A stretch of 64,000 bases of DNA from Rhina ancylostomus. Lineage: Eukaryota. The stretch spans positions 126,748,862 through 126,812,861 of the forward strand of contig JARFYF010000052.1 in the NCBI GenBank assembly GCA_030265395.1. The letters are read 5' to 3'. A model generated the notes under the pieces. It was not told the DNA's origin. It ran no database searches and saw only the letters and a program-made list of their open reading frames with translations. Position 1 is the stretch's first letter; the number at the start of each line of letters is the position of its first letter. Below are positions 24,372 through 36,521 of this stretch, one piece after another. A program made the position numbers and the translations under genes.

Positions 24372-24935
24372 AGACATGAGAGATTGCAGATGCTGTAATC
24401 TCAAGGGTAAGAAAAAACTGCTGGAGGGATTCAGCAGGTCAGGCAGCATCTGTGGAGGCAGTGTCACAATGTTGAGCAAAGAGCAAGCTCACAGAGAACC
24501 CAAATGCAGCACACTGGTACAGGACTGGAGTCAGGNNNNNNNNNNNNNNNNNNNNNNNNNNNNNNNNNNNNNNNNNNNNNNNNNNNNNNNNNNNNNNNNN
24601 NNNGAGGAGGGGGGTGATGGGCCGATGGAACCAGGTGGGGGAGAAGAAGGGGTAGAGTTGGGAGACAGTGGCTGATAGGTAACAGGCAGAGAGAAAGAGA
24701 CGAGAGACAAAAAGGAATAGATAGAGCCAGGTGGGGAGGGGAATGAAATGGTGCTGACAGAGGGCTGGGGGGAATGAGGATGTGGACAAAAGGGGTTGGG
24801 AGGGGGTAAGAGGGGAAGAGAAAGGAACAAAAGCCGTGTGGTTACCCGAAACTGGAAAATTCAATGTGCATACCATTGTGTTGTAGACCACCCATGCAGA
24901 ATACGAAGTGCTGTTCTTATAGCTTGTGTGGCACT
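24372..24935 (-). mobile_element. Penelope-like remnant interrupted by the LTR-like element
   Basis: The minus strand of 24842-24928 reads HKL*EQHFVFCMGGLQHNGMHIEFSSFG* (endonuclease end). A purine-rich segment follows at 24604-24830, and the terminal segment gagattgcagatgctg...ctggaggga-tcagcaggtcaggcagcatctgtggagg lies at 24378-24459. Confidence 0.7.
24462..24535 (+). mobile_element. Terminus of a young TG-initiated element (LTR-like), copy 2
   Basis: Near-identical to the reverse complement of 14011-14084. It abruptly interrupts the host repeat and runs into an N gap. Confidence 0.6.
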
Positions 24936-26007
24936 GGAGAAGGCTGAGGATAGATAGATCGGTGAGGGAGTGGGAAGGGGAGTTGATACGGCATGCAACT
25001 GGGAGCTCAAGATGGCCATTACGGACATTATCACCAAAAAAAATGATAGAACTTTGGTCACTTGTTTATTTTTGCTCTTTTTGCACTTAATTTAGGTTAC
25101 TGTTAGATTGCACAGATGATACAACTGAAAGGTACACTTCCAACTGGAACTTTTCACATTGATCAGTCACATGGACACAGTTTGCTTCAAATTTTAGTTA
25201 TTTTAAATGTCTATTCTGAAATATGTATGTAGAAAGAAAACATGGTGATAAAGCATGCTTTAATGCACCAGGCACACATTGCATCAACAGAAAGCATTGA
25301 AAAAGAAAGTGGAAGGATAAGAGAGACTTTCAAACACATAAGAGAATGATTTGTTGCCAAGCAATTTTGCACAGTTACCCTGGATGAGTGGAGTTGTGCT
25401 GTTGTGAGCAGTGGGTGAAATCATTAGCAAAATGATTTTGGGTGCTCATCCCAAGATGTGTGCTTTGCTCATTGCTTTTGCTCCAAATTCATTTGAGCTA
25501 ATTATTAGCCCTTAAAATAAAACTGAATTTAAAAAAGTAATACTTAAATTCTCCCCAACTTTTTTGATCTGAGTCCCACTTAAAATCTTTCAGGCCCATG
25601 TTAACTGTACAAACCAAAAATCTCACCCTCTCTCCTTATCAGTGTCTGTTTCTGTTGCTCTCCTATTTCACAGCAAAAGCATGTCATTGGTTGTAAAGTG
25701 TTTCTGGAAGTCCTCAAAGGGATGCCAGAGGTGCTAAATAAAAGGTCTTTTTATTTGTCTCAGGATGAATTGCTTGACAGGAATTGGAAAAATATATCTT
25801 GTGGAGATTTCAGTTATGATACAAAAATGGTGCAAATACCTGTTGATGTAAATTAATTATTACAATAACAGTAAAAATGCAAAATTAAAGCCATTTTTTC
25901 TTGGCAGAGGCAAGAGAGAATGTTGGGCTTGAACTAACTTAGGAAGGGAGTGGTGCATCTAGATTTCCCAAAGAGTAGACATTTGGGAAGTTGAATAAAA
26001 AAGAAAC

Positions 26008-26290
26008 ACTGCATTTGTAGAGCACCTCCCATTCCGTTTCAGAACACTCCCAAAGCACGTCACAGAAATGAGGCGGCTACTTTGAGCACACGAATCTCCC
26101 GCAAACTGTAACTTGATAATCACTCGATCGGTGTTAGCAATGTCGAGAGAGATAAATATTAGGAATAATTCTCAGTTTCAAGTAGTGTAGTTGAATGCCT
26201 GTCCGCTAGCCAGAGTAGCAGGGGCCCATGTTCAAGGTCTTAGTTGAAATTCAGAAACCCCCTCAGTACAGCACCGGTTTATCAGCTTAA
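26008..26290 (-). mobile_element. Old Deu-SINE
   Basis: actgcatttgtagagcacct...cccaaagcac...gagataaatatt...ccctcagtacagcac follows the layout of the copies at 2035 and 42908. Confidence 0.5.
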
Positions 26291-28777
26291 ATTTGATGGT
26301 CGTATATGTGGACTAGGTGTTGCATGTTGAGAACCTTTTGCCCATTTGAATGAAGTGCAAGTGGAACCCTGCAAGAAATGACCATCTCGGTGAGGTCAAC
26401 CACTGGCGGAGACCTTCTTAGAAGGTGCACCGACCTTGGATATGCCTCCTGCCGTTTCTCATTGGGAACCCTGCCAGTATCGGTTCTGAGGGTGACATAA
26501 ACGGGGCTGGCAGGAAACGCCCGGCATACTTCATTCTTATATGTTATTACCTTTAATTTGAGGACGAAAGTCCCACGTGGCATCTGTAGTTCTCTGCCCT
26601 CAGTAATTAACTCGCGAGGTTCTGAACTGACTAACGTGGAGTTCTGGGCATCAGTGTACCTGCCACAAACCCCAGAAATACACAGCTCGATCGCCCTGTG
26701 AGGGCGATGCCCCCTAATATTTCACTCCCGTGAATTGGGCAGAAAGGCTGGTCTCCCTCCACAAATCTGCACCCATTGTTCCAGTTTACAATCCATCCGC
26801 CTCCGAACACTTTTTCTTCAAAGTAATGGTGAACGTGTATTTCATCCCTTGCCCATCTCCCTGGCACAACGCACACGCAAAATCAGTCCGGCAAACTACC
26901 AAGAATGACTGCTGCAGGGCGGCGTATGAATTAATTGGACGGTTACAGGCGAGGGGAATACACGCTCACTTCTCCCCTCCCCGCTGGACCGTGGGTTTGA
27001 TTCCTTTCCTTTTGGAACACCACGTCTCACATTTAATCTTCTTTGAGAACGTTCGGGAGCCGTATCCAGTGAGCCGCCACCTGAAGTCAGGAGCACTTTC
27101 TTCTAAAAGCCCGGGTCTTGCACAGAATCTAGCTGTTCGACAAGAAATAACATGCATTATAGCCGACTATTAACCCAACTTTAATCATTATGCGGTTGCA
27201 TGAAGATGTACCTACTCCCATCGNNNNNNNNNNAAATGAAACACATAGATACACGACTGGTATCATATCACCAAGAGATCAGAAATATCACGCCACTTAT
27301 TAAAAGACAACGACGCCACATTGCGCTGATAGCGTGAATTATTCAGGCAGGGAGTTTTAGTAATGACCGCCCAAATATATAGTTAGCAGAAGAAAATGTG
27401 GAAATTAAACAAAAACAGAACTTAGACCGAAATGGTGCAAAGCGTAATAAACACAGGAGAATGCGATTCGGAAATTTCCAGAGGGCATGCGTCATTCTGT
27501 GGTATCATCCAGATACTTGCTGCATTGTGCCCGCTGTTTCCAACACGGTACTTAATTCGCAATTAAACATTTTGCTAATGCCTTTGAAACAGCGAATGTC
27601 ACGTTCGATTTATCTCGAATAACAGAACCGTGTCAGATGCCACTGAGCGGCTGATCTGAGTTCGGTAGTTTTACACATCCATGCGCCACTCCGGACTTTC
27701 TTCAGCTCCACTTCGATGTTTTATTTAATTTTTCCTATTAGGAAATGCGTTCCCTGTTCCGCAGACCGCTCCATTAATCTCAATCGATTTACAAACTGCA
27801 TTTTATGTAAGACTCGAGTGATTTTATCTTCTCCGCATTTTATGATGACAATGCGATCTTTACTTCACGAGGGAGAAATTGCGCCAAAGGATCTGTTTCG
27901 GTGTAGACTGATTCTGTTAGATATCGAGATACTAATTCAGACACTATACTTTATGCCATCCTTTGACATGGACGTTTCTTACATGCAGATAAATAACACG
28001 TGCACAATGAAACACATTCTGGATTGGTTTTACGATCCGTTTTTGTTCTCCATTGAAATGCCTAGAGAGAAAACATTTCTTAAAAATAAATAAATGGTTT
28101 GATCTGAGATAAATCAAATCACGGGTGAATGCGCCTCATCTCCTTCTGAGACACTGGGTGTTGAAGAAAACCTTGAGTATGTTTCTTTAAAAAATTGTAC
28201 TGATACTGTATGAAAACTGACCAGCCGCTGTTATTGTTTAAACTCCACAAGTTGTTATTGTCTGTATGACAATCGCTCCAGAAGGTGGCGAGCGCAATAA
28301 AGTCTGCGGACTGACATTTTAAGGCAACGCCTGCCAATGTCACCCGCTGCTAGTACCTGACAGGGAGTAATTAACAGGCGGTTAATATATACACACCCCT
28401 CAGCTAAATGCTCGTTAAAAGATTGATTTCGCCGTGATTCGAAGATTGTTTTCATGAAGACCTAACTTTATTTACTGGGTCACTTTCAATCGCAATGGTC
28501 CGCATCAGTCCGCTTTCAAATAACACTTGTGTCAGGCCAAAGAAATTATTTTAATTTTCAGTTGCATACAGTATTGGAAACTGGCATCTCTGACTTCCCC
28601 ATTCCAGCTCCTTCTAACTTCTATCATGCGTTCGTTCATTGTTTATCAACTTCCTTCCTAAGAGATTCATGCCAGCCCTGCATTCAACAAATTGGCACGG
28701 CCCGGTGTATGTTTCAGTGTAACTGCCCAATAATAAACAACGCTGTCGAATGTGTTGCCGGATCGCCTTATTTTATG

Positions 28778-28830
28778 TATATGTAATATATATATATATA
28801 ATTTATATTATTATATATTATGAATATATT
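28778..28830. repeat. (TA)n / AT-rich microsatellite
   Basis: tatatgtaatatatatatatataatttatattattatatatta. Confidence 0.85.
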
Positions 28831-31800
28831 AAAACTGTCTTCCTGGAGATTATAAAGTAAACCCCACATTACTGTCTGTGTGGGGAAATTAATCAGCATA
28901 ACTTCAAAGGCAAGCATAAATCAGAGTCCCTGTCGTTAAATAATATAACAGAAAGACAAATCGGAATGGGACCATTCACAATTGGCAGTTTAAAATTTTT
29001 AAGACCAAAACTGACACTGTTACATTTCCTGGTTACACCTTCTCTCTTTACTGCAAAGTAATTCTAAATGAATAGTAGTAATTATATTCCTAAATTTGTT
29101 GTCAAGATTTATTAGCCCAAAATAACAGTAGCTCCGAACTTTGGATGGGCGATTTCTGACGGAACGCAAATATNNNNNNNNNNNNNNNNNNNNNNNNNNN
29201 NNNNNNNNNNNNNNNNNNNNNNNNNNNNNNNNNNNNNNNNNNNNNNNNNNNNNNNNNNNNNNNNNNNNNNNNNGGAGATTTCTGAAGTAACGCAAATATT
29301 ATTAAGTCGAACATAGTAGAACGGGGTGAGTCTTGGAGTGGGTTAACAGATCAGGGAAACACACCGCTAAATTCACGCTTGTAATGGTGGCGACTGTACA
29401 TGCCTGTGTGTAGGAGATAGGTTTGACGCTTTCGAGGTGAATGGCCGTTCTGCTTACATTCATTTACAGGGACCAATGGAAGGTAAATGGAACCTGGACA
29501 CTATAACCAAACAACTGAATATAATAAAAAGAGCAGCTCTTAACCCGGGTGAATCTCAATGCCTGAATTCCAGAACAAATAGTTGGTGGGAAATGAAGTG
29601 CAAACTGGGGGTCGGGGGAACAGATTTTGGATTATTACTTTTTTTCTTAATGGTTCAGTGTACCCTAAAACGAATGTGGAGGTTAGAATCCTTTAAAGCA
29701 ACACCATCTTCGGCATAAAAAATGTTTAGATGGTCATTTATTGAACCCGCTGGGTAGACTACCCCGACATGAAATATTTTTCTTTTCTTAAAATAAATAC
29801 TGTGATCACTTGCAGCGACTCTCTCTGGCTGTTAGGCAACGTTAACGTAAACATAAAACAAAGCAAGAGGTTAAGTAATTAGCTGTCTCTGGGCCGCTAA
29901 CTGTCTGGAAAAGATGGGAAGATTTCTTAAGACTAAATAAGGACTTCATCGTATTTTCAAATCCGTTAACTTGCTGCATGTTCGCACCTTTACACAGTTG
30001 CTTTATTTCGTTGCTACTGAACCTCTTGGCATTTTCGTGGCGCCGCATCGATTAAGTGATCCGCATTCCAGATTAGTTCCCTGGTCACAGTGTGCAATGG
30101 ACTCCTCGTCAGACCGATCTGACCTTATTGACTCCAGTATGAAAACTAAAGGCTGTTCACTTTTACAAGCAGTGAATAACAGATTATTGCGGTTAATAAT
30201 TAAGTAATCATTAATGGGAGCACACCTCTTTGAATAACCAGTCCGCAAACTCGCCTCCGAATGCAATGAGCCCCACAGAAACAAACGAGTCTTTTTGCTA
30301 AGTATTGGGAGGTGTGATGTTATTGGCTTTCTGTCCTGTTGTGTGCCACGTTATCCTGCTCGGTGCAAACAACTTTTCACTGACTTCGTCTTCAATGCAA
30401 CCCCAATCCGCGAGCCGGTACAGCAAACTTGACGAAAATTCGCTGCTGTAAGGAGTTCCCCACAATAAGTGGAAGCAAACTATCACGGTATTTTAAACTG
30501 ACAAGGCAACAAATATTAAATTGTTTCAGCGAAAGTGATGCTTTTAGTACATCAGTGGTTAATTTGGAATTATCGCCCCAAAGCCGGTGAAATACTCAAT
30601 CTGGAATTTCTACCAGATACAGAGGTGTTTCTCAATCCAAACCGAGTCAAAAGAAGCCAGCTTCTCTCGACTTTCAACTATTGTAAAAAAAAACATACTT
30701 ATGTCATTATTCGTTCCTCCAGGATCTTGCACGGGCGCGGTGATTTACTGTGTCCAAAGACCCCGAACTCTGAGTGTGATGCGTCCCTGGCTGCGCTGCC
30801 GGCCTCCTCCGCCAGGTGTCGCGATCTGAGCGACTCAGCTCCGCTGTTCCAGTGAAGTGGGTCCAAGTGGCGTTCAGTACCAATCTGACCTACAAAAATC
30901 CTACACATAAAAGTAAACCAGTTGAAACGTACCCGCCAGTGCTACTTGTATGCTTACCCTTTCACGGCTGTCCAAAGGAAAGCTCCACTTTTAGAACATT
31001 ATATATTTCTATCTGACACATTCAGGTATGTCAAATGTTTCCCAAAGCCAACAGTCATTTATTAATAACGTTTATTAGTCGCATACGGAAGTGCTGTAGT
31101 ATGTGGCAGTTTGGCAGTTTATATGACTCCATACCACTTATTTAAAGACGCTTTTTCTGAGTAAAGCCCACTCTGCTAAAGGGTTACAACCTGGATGTGA
31201 TGGGCTTCTGCTTTTTCGATTTTTAGTTATTTCGATATTGATGCAAGTTTTACTTTATTGATACTATCCAGGATGGGACCACCGGCTACAGTCCAGTTGA
31301 CTGTCGTCTCCGAGACCCGATCCAAAATCTCCGGTGGGTGCAGAACAAGTTGAGCAGTGACAGGCTTCGTTTCAAATCATATCTCTATAGTGAGCATATG
31401 AGTCAAACACTCTTAAGGAAAATGCAAACATAATAGGATCTCATCATTTTGTTATCGGACTCAATTAAATCTTTATTTATAATAGCCGAAATATTATTCC
31501 GAAATATATTTTTACATGCTTCAGTAACAAAATTAGTTTGGTTTAAGCTTGGGTACTTGTATAATACATGAAGTACCAGTCATCTATAATAATCCCTGTC
31601 AGCAACTTACCCAATGTGCATACACCTATGAAATAAAAGTATATAAAATAAAAGACTGATGGCTAGCCATGCTATGTCGAGCATGGAATATATTCTTCTA
31701 CTTTGTGTCGTTCCTTTTAAAGGACATTGTTTAACCAAAACATAATGCAACTCAACATTAAAATGCTTTCCATAGATAGGATCTGCTAATCGTATTCACA

Positions 31801-33184
31801 TTCCCACCCCCACCCCCCCAACTTTACCAATCAAATCAGAATCTTACGAAAGGGAACTGGTATCTGGACAAATCCCTTTGACAAGCGCAAACATTTATTG
31901 AATGTAGTTTTAGGCAATTAAAGTACAAGAACTCAATGCAAGTGCATTTACTTTAGTGCATTTTCTGCCAACGTATTAATTGGCTTAACAGCAAACATAT
32001 TGTATGCATAATAGAATTTATTAATTGTCCGTTGAATGGGATTTCACTGATGCCAATTTCCAGTAAAAATATACATAGCCAGCAGTAGTTAAAATGTGTA
32101 AAAGGCGGTGAAAAGTAATCACACTGATTCAAAAGTTCTGTGGTATATTTTTCATTTGGAATCTCTGGGTCTATCGGTATATAGCGTTTGCTCTGCTTAA
32201 CCAAGTAGAAATACTGATTTATCCTTTACCAATTCCATTGTCATTGATAAAACAAACGATCAGAGAGAATCGATAAATGATCTCCTGTACTGGAACTGAT
32301 ATGTTTCTCGGGAGAGTTGGGGGGGGGGGTCTAATTATATTCCGTTAATTTTCACAATTTTTNNNNNNNNNNNNNNNNNNNNNNNNNNNNNNNNNNNNNN
32401 NNNNNNNNNNNNNNNNNNNNNNNNNNNNNNNNNNNNNNNNNNNNNNNNNNNNNNNNNNNNNNNNNNNNNNNNNNNNNNNNNNNNNNNNNNNNNNNNNNNN
32501 NNNNNNNNNNNNNNNNNNNNNNNNNNNNNNNNNNNNNNNNNNNNNNNNNNNNNNNNNNNNNNNNNNNNNNNNNNNNNNNNNNNNNNNNNNNNNNNNNNNN
32601 NNNNNNNNNNNNNNNNNNNNNNNNNNNNNNNNNNNNNNNNNNNNNNNNNNNNNNNNNNNNNNNNNNNNNNNNNNNNNNNNNNNNNNNNNNNNNNNNNNNN
32701 NNNNNNNNNNNNNNNNNNNNNNNNNNNNNNNNNNNNNNNNNNNNNNNNNNNNNNNNNNNNNNNNNNNNNNNNNNNNNNNNNNNNNNNNNNNNNNNNNNNN
32801 NNNNNNNNNNNNNNNNNNNNNNNNNNNNNNNNNNNNNNNNNNNNNNNNNNNNNNNNNNNNNNNNNNNNNNNNNNNNNNNNNNNNNNNNNNNNNNNNNNNN
32901 NNNNNNNNNNNNNNNNNNNNNNNNNNNNNNNNNNNNNNNNNNNNNNNNNNNNNNNNNNNNNNNNNNNNNNNNNNNNNNNNNNNNNNNNNNNNNNNNNNNN
33001 NNNNNNNNNNNNNNNNNNNNNNNNNNNNNNNTTTTAAAAATCCGATCCTTAGATTAGTTTAACAAACCAAGTCGCCGACAGATGTTTTTTTTCCGAGGTC
33101 TAAATAAAGGCTCCCTTGGACTTTAGACCCTCTCTTATATTCCATTGTAGTTTTAAACCTTTTTTTACCCCTCTTGTGGGTTTC

Positions 33185-33345
33185 CTTGAATATGCAAATG
33201 TATGCAAGGGCGGGCTTTGTCCCTCGGCCAATGAGAAGAAGGCAGATGGTCAAGTGTGCATTGCGTCACGACGATTGGGGCCAATCGCCCGAAGCCTGTC
33301 TTGCTTCGCCCCCATCCACTTTGATTGACAGCCGGAAAGTTTTTT
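33185..33345 (+). promoter_or_regulatory. Putative TATA-less proximal promoter of NKX6-1
   Basis: Octamer ATGCAAAT 33192-33199; GC box GGGCGGG 33208-33214; CCAAT 33228-33232; E-box CAGATG 33243-33248; NK2-type TCAAGTG 33250-33256; CRE-like TGCGTCA 33262-33268; inverted CCAAT pair 33272-33287; TALE decamer TGATTGACAG 33322-33331. The cluster lies 430-570 bp upstream of the ATG. Confidence 0.7.
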
Positions 33346-33756
33346 TGCACTTTCTCTCCAGACAGCGCGGCTAGAAAGCGCCTGAAGTGATGAGAGGGTT
33401 TTATTGCCTCAAGCTGGGGCGGGTAGGCGACAGCTCAATAAGTCTTTAGCCCGTCGTTTTGAAACAAAAAAAATTCCAAAATAATGTCTCAGAAATCCTC
33501 AGAGCAAGAAATAACCCAACACCATCTGTTGTTTTAATCATTCTGTTTACCTTTTATTTTTGGAACAAAACACAAATATTTGCCCCAAGTTAAAAGAAAA
33601 GGATCAGAGGGAAAAAAAATTCTGGATGTTTTTGTTCTTGAGGGGCTGACCGGAATAGAAGTGAAGCAAGCTGCTGCTGTTGCCCGCTCCCTCTCTGTCT
33701 CTCGCCGTTCCCCCTTCTTGTGAGAAGTTGAGACTGAAACAGACCACTTTTCGGTG

Positions 33757-34381
33757 ATGTTAGCGGTCGGACAGATGGACGGGAGCCGGCAGAGCGCGTT
33801 CGTGCTGAGCAGTCCGCCGTTAGCGGCCCTGCACTCAATGACCGAGATGAAGAACCCCTTGTACCCTTACTCCATGCAACCCGGAGCCGGGACGGGGGCC
33901 GGGGCATCGTCCACTTCATCGTCCCCTAGCCCGCCAGGTATCATCAGTGCAGCGACCACCGCGGCGGCGGCGGCGGCGGCGGGGCTCAAGTGCACGTCCA
34001 GCTTGCCCGGTTTCATGACACAGCAACTGTCCTCCGCCACTCCCCACGGCATCAACGACATCCTGAACCGTCCGCTGATNNNNNNAGGAGGCGGCGGCGG
34101 CGGCGGAGGAAGCGGTGGAGGTGGAGGTGGCGGTGCAGGAGGAGGAGGAGGGGTCGCTTCGACTTTGCTTTCGGGAATCCCGCGGTTTAACACCAGCCTG
34201 AGCCCGCCGCCACCGGGTATGTACTTCAGCCCGGCGGCGGCGGCGGCGGCAGCGGCGGCGGCGGCAGCTGTGGCCCGTTACCCCAAACCGCTGGCCGAGT
34301 TGCCGGGCAGGACTCCTATCTTCTGGCCCGGAGTCATGCAGAGTCCGCCGTGGAGGGAAGCCAGGCTGGGCTGTTCACCCC
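33757..34381 (+). CDS. NKX6-1: NK6 homeobox 1, coding exon 1 (N-terminus, eh1/TN repression motif, homopolymer tracts)
   Basis: ATG at 33757 begins [37 protein letters not shown], closely matching the vertebrate NKX6-1 N-terminus. It contains [14 protein letters not shown] (eh1) and [31 protein letters not shown]. It ends in phase 1 at C|GTAAGT (donor 34382). Six Ns (34080-34085) lie in frame. Confidence 0.97.
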
Positions 34382-34928
34382 GTAAGTACAAGCTCTCTGT
34401 TCCCCCCTCTTTATCCAGTCACCTATTACTATTATTGCACAACTTGGCGAATTATTTCGTTTTACTTTCATTCAGTTCACACTCGTGACTCTTTCAAGCA
34501 TCGAAGTTTTGTAAATGAATTTCCCATTCAAATCAAGCGTTATAATCCAACATCTTTGTGTCATTTTAGCAGACACGTTCTGGGGCGAATTAGTTTCGAG
34601 ATTAGATAAAATCTGCCGCTAAGCATAGAGTCGATGCGTTGTCAAATTAAAACTGCCTGAGAATACTTACTACCTCAAATATGCCGTTAAGCTATTTGAT
34701 AGTCTGAAAAAAATCCTTTTTAAAGATTGCTGTGCCTAAAGAGATGCTGTTTTGTCTAGTTTTTCTTGAACAGGAAAATTGTTCGCCTTTCTATTTTGGA
34801 ATTATTACATATGTAGATATATCATACACTACCCAATGTCAATTTATTTCAATTTGAATGGTGTGGCTGTGATCATTCTCAGTGCATTTTACCGATATCT
34901 AGCGAGTAAATGTTATTGGTTTCTTTAA

Positions 34929-35138
<210 letters not shown>

Positions 35139-36521
35139 TGACAACTGGTTCGGCACCGGTTTAAAATGCAGTGANNNNNNNNAAATTTCCAAGAATTGAC
35201 ACGCCAGATGGGAAACATATCCTCTGTTAATGCGAAACGAAATAGATTCACAGAATGTGTCCATACTCCAAGTGATTAGGAAAATATATACTTAAAAGAT
35301 GGACATTAAAATTAAACTATTTAAGAACTCATTACATTCTGATAAACGAGATGATGCAGACAGTCTTTTTCAGATTTAAACTGGTCATTCATAAGATTGT
35401 TTTTATTTACCTAATATATATACAGTCATTTAGTACCTATTGTTCCAAAATAAATTGTGCTTTTAAATTATAGCGAAACCAGCACGATATACGCTGTCAC
35501 TTTCACGCATTTTAGGTATATAATCTTGCCTTTCGTTTCTCGAATGTGCAGCGTTTTATTCGCCGGGTGTGGCACATTATTTGGTTGCTTTTTCATACTC
35601 GCCGCATTCGACAGCGAAACCTGTTCTGTAAATATGCGACTGCTATCATCCGAGTTAATCTCTTCGGGACTTGTGTCGGAATTGTTTCTCCCCTGTATTT
35701 TAGTCCCCAAGATTGCCACTTTTTTTTAAGAAAGCGTTTCCATCACACTAAACTAAAGTTAGTGTTTGCCTTAGGAACACGGAGGAAAACGACCGTGCAT
35801 TTAATATGTTACAGATTCTAATCCATCCCCTGTTAAATAAACGACACATTCCTCTGTGCGCTTTATTGCTGGGATATAAATTAATATTTAAGGAGTATAA
35901 AGTGAGCTAAGATTAAACAGTCACGGTGTTTAATTTTCCTCTCCGCTGACAACATATGTGGACTGTGTAGCACATTGTTCTTCCAGACAAGCTGAGAATT
36001 GAGGACGATTAATATTCTAAAACACACATGAATACAATTACAGAGGATGTCATATTTTAATTAAACACGATTAAATTTGCACCAAAACTGCAAAGTGCGC
36101 CGTGGGTTTACACTGTGACATTGGCGCTTATGCGAAGGGGGTTTGCGTGCTTAGCAACACACAAGTGACAGTGTAACTCGGGAAACTATGCGACCTGGGA
36201 TAGTCTGAAAAGCAGGAAGATGGGTGCTTCACCGGGCTTCTGTTTCTGGTTTCTCAAATCATACCCGAGTAAGTTCAGCTCTCGTCAGTCGCTGCAGATG
36301 TCAAAATTGCCGACCTTAATCTTAGAACTAAAACGAAAGTGGTAAATATTTCTGACAGGGGTTGTGCTACTCAGAGGTGTCTGCTTCACTGCTGGTAGTT
36401 TTCAATGGGCGAAGCGTGAAAGCGAATACTGGTGGGTGATTTTTTTTAACGTTTTGTTTTTACAAACGCACCCTGCATTCCTTTAATTGCTGACAACCTG
36501 GGACTGGCCTTTTCCATTCAG

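Noticed and set aside
26470-26708. Short inverted repeats CCTGCCAG..CTGGCAGG and ATCGCCCT-GTG-AGGGCGAT
   Set aside because: 8-bp stems are expected occasionally in 64 kb; no supporting context.
26730-27173. 147-aa ORF in the CpG-rich region
   Set aside because: GTG start, no recognisable motifs and no clear exon structure; consistent with chance.
33590-34193. Antisense and alternative-frame ORFs over exon 1 (Pro-rich, Arg-rich)
   Set aside because: Shadows of GC-rich triplet repeats with few stop codons; no independent evidence.
34382-34488. Read-through of ORF 33754-34488 beyond the donor, and its GTG start
   Set aside because: Homology ends at the GTAAGT donor and continues in exon 2. 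The conserved start is the ATG at 33757.
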